Shown: positions 1-11,469 of the stretch, piece by piece
How the letters are laid out: the number at the start of each line of letters is the position of its first letter
Position numbering within the stretch: the first letter of the stretch is position 1
Source: Balanoglossus misakiensis
Taxonomy: Eukaryota > Animalia > Hemichordata
Assembly: GCA_040954595.2 (NCBI GenBank)
Contig: CM082592.2
Span: 11,106,017-11,170,016, forward strand
Direction of reading: 5' to 3'
Length of the DNA: 64,000 nt
Translations under genes and position numbers: made by a program
Notes under the pieces: generated by a model
The model's input: the letters and a program-made list of their open reading frames with translations, nothing else
What the model was told of the DNA's origin: nothing
Databases searched by the model: none

Positions 1-101
1 ACCGCGTTGATTTGCCGAAAGACTGAACAGAAAAATATCAGAACACAAAATGACAGTCAAGTATGAAGATGACACATTCATATTTTGTCATTGTTTCACA
101 G

Positions 102-1795
102 ACATCTTGGGATCTACAGCATTTAGTCCTGTTAAATCAGATATCAATGGTAATGTAACAGTAAGTTGAATATCTATTTTTATCATACTCGAAAAAGTAC
201 AGGCAATTTTATCTCTCATTATAATTTTTATTTATGTTTTATTATGATTATATAAAAGGTTACTTGTTGTAAATGAAATATACTAGTACATGTAGTACTG
301 AACCAATACATAATAATACATGTAAAAGTCAGGTGGTACTTGTATAACTTGATCTATATCATAATATGTACCTGTATTGTTTATATAGAAACTAACCAAG
401 AAGTTTGAACTTGACCCACAAAAGAACAGTACACTGCAAGATATGATAGATGCAGAAATTGAATCAAAAACAACTCAGAACAAAGGCTCAGCCACAGATG
501 CCCTGGTCTGGTTAAAGCGGTAAGTTCCATGATAAAGAGGAAACGTTTTCTTAAAAGGTTGGATCCCACTAACTTTCTTTGATTCCATTGGTACAGAAGC
601 TGACCAAGAAATATGAACTGGACCCAGTCAGTCATATTACACTACAAGAAATGGTTGAGAAAGAATTTGACCAAAATAGCGCCCTCAAACGAGGATCTGC
701 AACAGAAACTCTCATTTGGTTCAAACGGTAGGGCAAAAACTAGAATATGCAAAATTGCATGTTGGTCAAGTTAAAAGTGATAAATTACTGTCTGTAATTT
801 CAGTGACAATATCATTTATAACCATAGCAATTGGACGACTGTCTGTGTTAATAAAAAATACAAATTAAAAGTAAAGGTTGTATATGTATCCACACATTTT
901 CAAAAGTGAACTCTAGCCACCTCATGTATGGAAAAACATGAAGGTAGTTCAATATACATATACGTAAGTTGTGACTCTCCTGTTAAAACATTTTCCATTC
1001 AGGTTACCAGAAAACTTTTCCTACAGGATCCACCTGCACCATGCTGTCAAGTACAAAGCACCTCTTCCCTTGTATCCTATTTTCACATCAACATGACATG
1101 TCTCATGTACAACAATGTATGTATCTGCACCCATCTTGACCATTTGAGTACCCTTAAAAACATTCCCATGGAAACTGTGTGTCTTGACAGGATAAATAAA
1201 TTATGTAAATAAAAAATGTAAACCCTTGAGAAATATGATTGAGACTCATTTGAGAAATGAGGAAATTGCCTCATGGCAGTCCTTGGGTTCCTCAGTTATG
1301 CACCAAATGACAATAATGTGACCAAGGTGTTTCTGAAATTGCAGAAAAATGTTTCTCTCCACAGTGCTTTGGAGTTCATTCGAGGAATGTTTCAAAACAT
1401 CCTGGATGGAATTAATGATGGAGAGAACCTAACACCATGTGCCATGAAGTCCTATGAACAGAATCTTAAACCATACCATGGCTGGATGGTACAAAAAATA
1501 TTTAGTGTAAGTGAAAATTAGCTTTGCCAACTGCCAGTGTTACTGTAAATTATTATGTCTAACTTTTAGGAAAGACTAAACTTCAACCATGACTCACTGT
1601 CTTGTTTATCTTTCCCAGCTTCTACTGAAAGCCATGCCATACAGGAAAGACTTGATAAAGGCCTTGGGAAATGGACTTGATGAGGACGAAGTTCTGAAGG
1701 ACATGAAGGATTTTATGGAGTTATATAGCCAAAATGTTGACACAATAGTGGAAATGTACAAATCTAGAAATATAGATATGGAATTCAGGGTCTGA
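102..1795 (+). CDS. GLTP: Glycolipid transfer protein (GLTP domain), 5' end upstream of the window
   Basis: Exons 102-160 (ILGSTAFSPVKSDINGNVT), 389-519 or 597-727 (KLTKK...W.KR), 1365-1506 (ALEFI...YHGWMVQKIFS) and 1619-1795 (...DTIVEMYKSRNIDMEFRV*). All introns are GT-AG and phase-compatible. The D-x3-N-x2-K, W-x-KR and YHGW motifs and the C-terminus match human GLTP. AATAAA lies near 2101. An upstream PH domain (FAPP2/PLEKHA8 type) cannot be excluded. Confidence 0.9.
389..519 (+). CDS. GLTP: GLTP duplicated exon, variant A (131 nt)
   Basis: tatatag|AAA...AAG CG|gtaagt; encodes KLTKKFELDPQKNSTLQDMIDAEIESKTTQNKGSATDALVWLKR. Confidence 0.9.
597..727 (+). CDS. GLTP: GLTP duplicated exon, variant B (131 nt)
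   Basis: gtacag|AAG...AAA CG|gtaggg; encodes KLTKKYELDPVSHITLQEMVEKEFDQNSALKRGSATETLIWFKR. Same length and phases as variant A, with a cACTAAC branch point at 567-573. Confidence 0.85.
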
Positions 1796-4245
1796 TTGAC
1801 CAATTTACTCAAAAACATCTCTGTTTTTGAAAACATTGTATTTTAAAGTTATTTTCAATATACATGTAGTGACTGGATAATTTTAAATTAGTTACTCAAA
1901 CAACTCATTAATTACTTGTGAATTTTAGAGGCCATTTTACTGACTTCAACTGTTGTCCATCTGCAGCTGTTTTACACAGGGTTGTCATAAAGAGTACTAG
2001 TGTTGTTTTTAAGGTAATATTCATTGGCACACATCATGAATGGGATTTTTAGGAAATGTCACAAATAATGTAAAGTATGGTAATATTAATGCATTGATTA
2101 AATAAAAAAATATTTCAATTCAACCTGATTGTTCCATTTCATGTTTGTTGTTTTGACATCATGTAGATCAGTGGTCACCCTTTATGGTGATGGTGAGGCA
2201 ATGTTGCCCACAACCAGACAAAAAATATCTGCATCAATATAACTGACTTTCAGACACACTTTGGCCATACAAAGGTGCAAGAATGCTGGTGATGAGATTC
2301 CCAAAGAAATGAAACACTGCACCTGATATACTGTATGTACAGATTTATTTATTTCTTTATTTTGAGAATTTGATGCAATCAAGTATTTGACACATTGAAG
2401 CAAAAAGATACAACCCCAAAGACTTGTGTAGAAAAGAAAAAATGCAAGACCAACAGTTACCTACTTTAAAACATACAGGTTTTCCTGTGTTACATCTTGG
2501 GTAAGGGGGAGACATATTTGCAAATAGAATGGGGGAAGTTTTACCTACGAACTTGTCTTTGGAATAGTTGGAAAATACAGTATGATTGGGGTGAACAGAC
2601 GTTTCAAAATTATCTAATAAATACTAGTACATAAAATTAATTTTGTAGTGAACTATCTATTCTAAGTAACCAGTGTTTTCTTGATGACAAAGGAAACAAA
2701 AGGCTTATATGCACCTTTGATGATTGAATCTCTTAGTGATTGGAAACCAAAAGTTAATTTCTAAATAAGTTATCCCGTGATTGAGAATAGGTACTGTATG
2801 ATGCCAGCTTCATTCAACACAAACTCAAAATAACCAGGCAGATCACCTCATCCATCCCAGCTTTATCAAAGTAGTCAGTCTTTCATATGGAATGATCTGC
2901 CAGTTTATCCCATGGTGGGGTGGGTTCATATCGGGGGAGGCAGACAGAACTGCCCAATGAATGAGATGGTGTGATGCTGATTTCCTTGTGCTATATCTCT
3001 TAGTTCATGTTGATGACTGCATAGAAAATGGAGCTGTTCAGCTGTATAACCGACCAAAGCCAAAAAGCTTGAGAATAAAATGTCATTAGAAAATAGCGCA
3101 TATACTTGAACAATAAATTACTGCACTTGGTACAAAGATGTCTTTTTAACTACATTTTAAAGGGTGATGGGATGCAGCACTTCACGCTTATTGCAACACT
3201 GATCAAATCTATTTGGTAAATGTTGCTTTCAGCTGCTGATTGGTTTATAAACAGGTGCATTTGCCAACCTGAAACCAATCAGAATGTATCTTTATGTCCC
3301 CTGTGCAATAAATCACCCTTGTAAGTTCATCTGTGTGGTATATGTCATTGTGTGAATAATTCTGGGGGGAGGGGGTTGTAGACAAATCTGTTGACTAAAT
3401 TCAAAAGGGAACAAAAGTCACAATGACTGACGCATAGAGAGGGAAAACACATTGAGTACACACCAACAATTTGATATAACTAAACACAATTTCTTTTTCT
3501 ATTGCAATGAAAACAAGGACAGTCACAGACTCCACAAACTTATAAAAATAGTTCTTGATCATTCAAACATAGTTGAAATTTTACAAATGTTTTGACAAAA
3601 TTTCTACGTAATACCTGCTGCTGGGACATTCTTAAAAGTACTACAGCAAACTTCATGTTAGTGGACAATGTCAAGCTTAAATATTCAGGGTTGGGGTGGG
3701 GAGTAATTTATAGCCAGCCTCTCTCCAAGGAACAATTACTTTACTGGGAATCACATGCATATACATAATGCCATACTGGAGTTTCTCCCTGAAATGTGAC
3801 TCAATGGTATTTCTAAATGTGGGCCAAAAATGTAAGTCTCTTGAACAAAAACAAAAGTTAAATAAGTCCCTATTTCCTGAACTCTAAAACAAACTAAGAC
3901 GCCACAAATGTCATCATTTCTTTTTTTTTCACCGAAGGGCTGCAAACATACAAAATATTTGAACAAAGTTGCAGGGCAACTTCCCTTTGAACATAAAAAT
4001 CTGGAAAAATGAAACATTGTGAGTTTTGAAAGAGGAAATAATTAACCGTTATAACTGAATATACACCTTAAAAAGGCTACATGTAAATCTTCCAATAACA
4101 CTGTGATTTCAAAATCAGATGAACAAAAACCAGTTGAGCAAGCACTTACTGCTTGTGCCGGTAACTATCACAGAGAACAATATTAAATTTTCCCTATACA
4201 TGATAACATTTGAAGTTGCTTGTGTATTTTGTTGTTTTGTACATT

Positions 4246-5797
4246 TTAAGATACTGGCTGCTGCTCCGCTGCATTTGATGTGCTCGACTCTTGAGGTTTC
4301 ATGACATCAGGTAATTCCGGTGGATTGGAGTAGGGTGTGACTTCCAATCCTTCAAAATCTTCATCACCTAGGAGAATAAATATGAGTAAATAAATACAAA
4401 TCCTACAGTTTCACTTACACCCGACCAAGTTGCAGTGATCTTGTAAGCCTTTGTCAACTTAGCCTTTAAACTTATAACAGGTGCATAACAGGTGCATGAG
4501 TATGTGACAAATTATGTTTGTAGCATACACACATGTCATTGACATGTAGCATACAAGTGTGAGGAAAATACAGGATTTGATATTTGATTGTCAGCAATGG
4601 TATTTAGGAAATGGTTATTTGCAGATGTTTGGTTTTAAAAATGTTCTTTTTGAATTCATTGTAGACAGGTCAACCATATCCATGTCTTATCTGTGATTCA
4701 GTCAGTGCATCCCTTACCTTCTTTGAATGCTAATCCAACTGTAGCTGGTGCCTGAGCTCTTGCCGTGCTGCTGGTAAAACCACAATCTCCTAAAGTTTTT
4801 GTGTCTTCTAAAATTTGATCTTCTTTAAATAATCGCTGATCTTCAGGGGGTTTCTTAGTGATTCCTTCAACAATTTTCTTTAATTCGTATACAGTTGTGG
4901 TTTCTTTTGCGTCAGTGAAAATGGTGGTCTTCTTACGACGGACCATCAAAAACACGTCCTGCAAATGCAAAGAAAGAGAGTTTGATGAGTTTATACTACA
5001 TGATACTACACGAGTGATACTGCATGTTTTTACTCATAACGATTTCCCCTACTTTCTGAGGTAACGTTGCCTGTCATTCATTCACTGTTGCTTCTGATGT
5101 GTTCATGAAATTTAAATTAACAACAGCAGCAGTGGACACATTTTCAGTTGCCATGTCTATTCACGTGGTACTTGTACTGCCGGCGAAATGAGACAGGCAC
5201 TTGCATCATAACCACAATTATACTCGGACATGACATCACTTGTAATCAGGTGATGTACCTTGGTTTCGACAACCAAGCCAGTTCTAAACAACATCTCACG
5301 TGCATGTCCGGGTTAATAATGCACTACTGTTCTGTACAGTCTGGCGATGGACTTCCTTGTTTGAATGGGGAACTTTTAGGATGAATCGTACAGCCACACA
5401 GTAAGAAATATACATAGGGAAATCCTGAAGATCAGTAGGGCAAGTACACAGATGCATCATGGGATACACGTTACGATGCATTTTACTCGATTCCCATTCC
5501 CATGCAAGACAATTTTAATGATACATTCCGAGCCCCAAACCGGAGAGTCCGGGTGTGATTTCGAGAGGGAACCCCGATAATAAACATGCCACGGTTCTTG
5601 AGGGCGACCACCGTTTATGTAAATTGTGCTCGTGACAACCGACCAAACAAACAATAAGAAATTCAAAAAGACCCCTTCTTTACGATTCAATTTCGCCTCA
5701 TTTGACGAATTATTAAACACGTATTAATCGACACCCCCAAAAATGACGATAGGCCCAGACACGAAGGTACAAAAGCCCGACAAATTGCACTCACCAT
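4246..5797 (-). CDS. ELOB: Elongin B (ubiquitin-like subunit of the Elongin BC complex)
   Basis: Exon 1 codes only the ATG (5797-5795, followed by gtgag). Exon 4958-4718 reads [19 protein letters not shown]...[13 protein letters not shown] and exon 4367-4246 reads ...[16 protein letters not shown]...PVS*. Strong match to Elongin B. Confidence 0.96.
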
Positions 5798-6110
5798 GAT
5801 GAAGAACTTGTCCTCAGATCCGCGTAAGATCGGTTCGCATCCTTTAGTAACGGACTTTTTGGTTGGTCAGAATTTAGTCACGAGGTATAGCCGGGTCGAA
5901 AAATCTCGCAGGAAAGCACGAGACTTTTTTCTTTCCCCCAGAAAACATTTCGAAATCGATGTCATTTCCGGTGTTCCTCGGGATTCCCAGGTTTGGCTCC
6001 CAGATGTGTTGTTTTACCGGCATATCAGACAAAATGATGTTCATTGTGTCTAGACTGTTATAGCACTAGTTAAAAAGCGTGTTCCACAAGGAAGTGTGCA
6101 CAGCTAAGGG
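5798..6110. promoter_or_regulatory. Putative bidirectional promoter, ELOB / ABCB9
   Basis: CpG-enriched stretch between divergent genes, with an ETS-like atttccggt near 5964 and a probable ABCB9 non-coding exon donor near 6110. Confidence 0.5.
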
Positions 6111-6471
6111 TAAATTTAGTTTTTTCCTATAATTATTTTTTGGCTGAGAGCAGAAATTCGGGAATGAATATTGCATTAGAAATTTACATTTACAGCAGAC
6201 AATAATATCAATATCATCAGCTGACGGGGAGACATGATGATCATGATCTCATAACATACTGTTCGCAGTGCACACCAGTAAATCGTTTCCTTTCTGTGTG
6301 TGGGGGTGGGGTGTGTGTGTATCATTGTATGTGTGTGTCGTTACTTAGCATTTGTCGTTTATTGCACAAAATGCAGGTGTGTTGTTAAAAGTGTATTTTG
6401 AAATTTACAACTGTGCGCAATGGACAGTTAACTTTGGTGATTGTGGTTATATTGCAGGGTTGTAATTTGAT

Positions 6472-9400
6472 ATGACATCCTTTCAGACCATGGCATGTAG
6501 CTGTAAGATATTTTTGGTACTGGTGCTAAGCCTAGTGGATGTGGCAGTAACCACTGTACTCTTCGTTCATGGTGACCAGTTTCACAAATTTGCAGCAGAA
6601 GTATACCAATTCTCCATCAAAGATTGTTTTATCGACATTTGGTTTCTGTCAACACTCCGATTTTCCGTCATATTTGGTGCTTGCATCGCTGTAGTGTGCA
6701 ACCCCGGAAATGCCATTCCAAGACTACGGAACTCAAAAGGTGCCATCCTTGTTGTAGGAGGCTTGGTGTTCCTGTATCTCATAGTGAAATTGCTAATTTA
6801 TTCAGAATTTGAGACGGATCTCAGACAGCCATGGTTCTGGGGTCTCTTTGCATGGACAACTGTGGCTGCTCTACTGCCTTACATATGCTGGAGAATTCTC
6901 TGTCACCTGACACCACAGAGGCAACACTTGAGCATCAATGCTGAGGATGGAGCACCACATGAAAATGAAAAGTTGCTTAGCAACCACGTGGGTGATGATG
7001 CAGATTTGAAGGGTTATGACAGTGATGAGAGTGATGGTGAACCTCATAGAAAGAAGAAATCACTGCAGCCTGGGAGTTTACTGAGACTTTTGACATATTC
7101 ATCACCTGACTGGTTCTTGTTACTCATAGGAAATCTTGCCCTCCTTGCAACTTCAATAGGTCAGTCAAATTCCATCTCATGAAATATCCTTCACCCCACT
7201 TCTCTACATGTCAGTGCAGTGGAGTTAATTATATTTGTAAGTGAATGTTGTAGCTTCGTAATTAATATCGTTTTGTATTTTCACAGGTGAAATATTTCTA
7301 CCACTATTTACTGGTCAAGTTGTGGATGGCATTGTTGTAGAGAAATCATATAGTAAATTTACACATGCAATAGTCATTATGTCACTCATCTCAGTTGGAA
7401 CGTAAGTATACATTTTGCATTTTTGGTATTCATTTAATGCAAACCTTTGTTTTCTTCCTATGCCTGTACCTTTACATATACATTTGCAATCATGATATAG
7501 AATGTATTAAATACCAGTGAAAACACCTACCTTCTTTCCCTGCATTTTCGTTATAGAGCTTTGACAGCTGGTTTCCGTGGCACTGTCATGAGCATCGTAA
7601 TCGCAAGACTTAACATCCGAATCCGCAATTTACTGTTTACTGCAATTACAAAACAAGAAATAGGATTTTTTGATACTACAAAAACAGGTATGAAGTGTTT
7701 AACAAAACAGATTACAGACCCCTTTCTGTGTTATTCTGCTTGTCAGCTACTTTTTTTTAAATGCAAGTAGAGACCAGACCTGACTTACCATGATGGTACT
7801 TTTCCATTTTCCATAGGTGACATTACATCCAGACTGACATCAGACATAACGGTGATGAGTGATGCAATCGGTTTAAACTTCAACGTCTTCTTAAGGAACG
7901 TCGTCAAAATCATTGGCTATCTAGTGTTGATGTTCAAATTGTCATGGCGATTGACCGTTGTGACACTCATCAGCATTCCCTTGATAGCAGTCGTGTCCAG
8001 ATTCTATGGTGTATATTATAAGGTATATTGTATTCTGAACAGTCATCATCTTCAGAGAGTGTGGTAAACCCAGCACCTGTGCTGCTTAGAAAATGGTTCT
8101 GCAAAATTCAGATATGACATAATTTGTTATAACTTTCAGTCGCCATCAGTGTTCTCTAGCATTACCTTCAATGCTCTTTCTGTCATGTTGATCATTCAAA
8201 ATACATGTATTCCATTTTATTCATTATCAATTTCAGAAACTTGCAAAGTTGGTGCAGGAAACCCTGGCCTTAGCTAACAATGTTGCTGAGGAAACAGTGT
8301 CCTCCATGAAAACTGTACGAAGTTTTGCCAATGAAGAAAATGAGAATGCACGATATGCAGCCAAGTTGGATGATACCTACAGCGTGAAGTTAAAACAGTC
8401 ATTTGCGTACGGTGGATATGTGATCACCAATAGGGTAGGTTGCTCAGAAAAGGATCAAAAATATGTTGATGCAGCCTGTACTTGACCAGGATAATGCTCA
8501 GATGTGTTCTGACATGAAATTGAATGGAGAGAAAGTGATTGAAGCATTGTGATCTTTGCATTTACCAGATGGTCTGTTCTATTATGTTAATTTCAGATTT
8601 TAGAACTAGCTTTAGGAGTGGTGGTGCTGTATTATGGTGGTCACCTGGTGATCACAGGCCGTATGACACCTGGGAACCTAATCTCATTTGTTCTCTACAA
8701 TCTAGAACTAAGTGATGCACTAGAGGTAGGCATGTCTTGTTATTTGGAAACCCCTCAAATCAACCAGCTCACTCTCTTTTATCAGTTGATCTTCATCACG
8801 GATAATATTCAACCATAACATGAATTCCATGATATATATTTATGACATAGAAAACATTGACACTTCACATGCTCATGTTGGTCTTGATTATTTGATTACC
8901 ATTATAGTCCATTGGCCAAGTTTACACTGGTTTGATGCAAGCTGCTGGTGCAGCTGAGAAAGTCTTTGAAATGATGGACAGAGTCCCTGAAGTTAGTAAC
9001 AATGGAAGCCTACTGCCAGGAAATATACAAGGGGAGCTGGAGTTTAGAAATGTGTCGTTTGCATATCCCACAAGACCAGAAACTGAGGTTTTGAAGGTAC
9101 GTAATCATTGACCGAGGTATTTCTCAGTCTTCTCTTCTGATGAGCCAATACGCAGTGTTAAGCATTTTGGGTCTATCTGTAACCTGATTTAGCTTAGTAA
9201 TTGAGTTGATTATTGAATGCTTTTGCCAAATCCAGTTCATTTCCATCTCTATGTCTTACTTTACAGAATGTTTCTTTCAAAGCATCTCCTGGTGAAGTGA
9301 TTGCGTTGGTCGGACCAAGTGGTGGTGGAAAAAGCTCCTGTGTGAATCTTATAGAACATTTCTACGAAACGACCGCAGGAGCAGTTCTGATAGACAATGT

Positions 9401-10650
9401 ACCAATACAAGGTTATGATCATAAATATTTACATACCAAGGTATTGTGTAGATCCCACTATTTACTCAGTCTTGGTGATGTACAAAAAGAGTGTTATATC
9501 TTCCTTGGTCAGTCCATGGTCAGTCGAACATCTTTGTTAGCCAGCAGATGACAAAACCAAATAGGAAATTGGTAATTTCATCCACTGGGTCAAAATTGCA
9601 TTCTCTGCTTGGACTGTTATTGTTTAGTTATCCACCCGCCAAACTTGTACCAATGTGAAGAGGATGTTCATCATTTTGTTGAGATTCACAAAAATAAATA
9701 ACCATTTCTTGTGCCTTTCTTATCCCACCTCAGGTAGCATTAGTCGGTCAGGAGCCAGTTCTGTACGGGAGATCTATCAAAGAAAATATTTCATATGGTC
9801 TGGATGAGTTGGACATGCAACAGGTACAGCAAGCTGCTCAGTTGGCCAATGCTCATAGGTTTATATTGGAGCTGAAAGATGGCTATGATACAGAGACTGG
9901 TGAGAAAGGCACACAACTGTCAGGTGAGGGTCATGTGACAGGATATCAAGGTCAAAGTTCAAATGATTTCAAAAATGATGAAATGTTTTCTGAAATAACA
10001 AGTACATGTACATACAGTATGTAGTCTGTGACATACTTGTGATGCAGCCTGATGTTTAAACTTTTTCCTTTTCTCCCAGGAGGTCAAAAGCAAAGAGTTG
10101 CAATAGCAAGGGCACTTATACGAAATCCGACTGTGTTACTTCTTGATGAAGCCACCAGTGCATTGGATTCTGAAAGTGAATACTGTGTAAGTATATGTAC
10201 GGTCAGTTCACACACACACAGATACATCTGTAGTTTTCAAACTGTGTATAATTTCCAAACTTCATTTTTTTTCAGGTTCAGCAAGCAATCTATTCAAACT
10301 TACAGAACCGAACTGTTCTGATCATTGCGCATCGTCTCAGCACCATTGAGAAAGCCCATCGCATCGTGGTTATTGACAAAGGCATGGTTTTAGAGCAAGG
10401 CAACCATTTTGAACTGCTGGCCAAGAACGGACTGTACGCACAACTCGTTCAAAGGCAACTCCTGGGGACGGACGATTCCACTCCCAGTTTGGTGTCCAAC
10501 CCCCAACTGAATGGACCCATTTCCAGCATGCCACTGAACCCCCTCCATTCCATAAACATTGCCAGCACCCGGCATTATGATCCCTTGGATGATGATTCAG
10601 ACATTTCCAGTTCTGGAGGGATAACATTTACAGTGGGGTCAAGTCTGTAA
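6472..10650 (+). CDS. ABCB9: TAP-like lysosomal ABC peptide half-transporter (TMD0 + core TMD + NBD)
   Basis: 11 exons: 6472-7159, 7287-7401, 7557-7687, 7817-8022, 8237-8434, 8597-8725, 8908-9096, 9267-9440, 9734-9923, 10080-10186, 10276-10650. Hydrophobic N-terminal TMD0, [18 protein letters not shown], Walker [10 protein letters not shown]-loop VGQEP, signature LSGGQKQR, Walker [12 protein letters not shown] and H-loop IAHRL are all present. Confidence 0.93.
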
Positions 10651-11469
10651 TAAATTATTCCAATGTCAAATACGGGCATTGGTATTGGCAATCTTAACAT
10701 TTCATGGAAAAGCTAAAATGTGTACACATTATCTGATTATCTATGTTTGAAACTGTAAATGTAAACCTTTATATAATAATATTGAATCCCAGACAAATTG
10801 TCTTTTTATAGCAATAATATAAACTTCACTGATAAAGCTCAAAAGCTGAGAACGTTTTGAAACTGTCGAATTTTAACTGGAAACTAGAAATTTAAGAAGT
10901 TATCAGAACATCAGATTAAATGAAATTTTGCAATAATATTGTGCAAGATTCAATGTCCAATAATGTATTGTTCTACTGTGTACTGTCTGTTGGCATGTAA
11001 GTTTCTTACCGTGCTTGTAAAAGTTTTAAAAAATTAAATTAAAGCAGCTTCAGTGTGGGGTGATTTGAAGCATGGAATTCGTATTGTGTTCAGTTTCTTT
11101 ATTGCAAACTTTCTTTCCCAGTGCACTTAATTCAAGTCGTACACTTCAAATGAAATGAGTTCTATCACAGCTTTGGGTGAGGAAACTCAAGTATAACATA
11201 AATCATGCAAAAAAAAACATTCACATACATTGTGTAACAGACATTGTTGCAAACATGATAGCCCTCCTTCCTACCTCCTGAGTAACATATTTCAAAGTAC
11301 CACTGCAAAAAATTACGGAATAACAAAAAAATAGTCTTCCAAAAGAGAAAGCAGATTACAACACCTTTATCACAGGTTATGTACCCTCCCTATAAAGAAC
11401 TTCTTGTTCAGGTCAAAAATACTGTATTTACTCAACTGTTCGCTTCATCTAAACATACAACCAGTGCAT

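Noticed and set aside
2100-4245. ORF-poor 2-kb gap between GLTP and ELOB as a possible ncRNA or mobile element
   Set aside because: There are no terminal repeats or RNA-gene motifs. Minus-strand polyA signals near 2345 fit a long ELOB 3' UTR.
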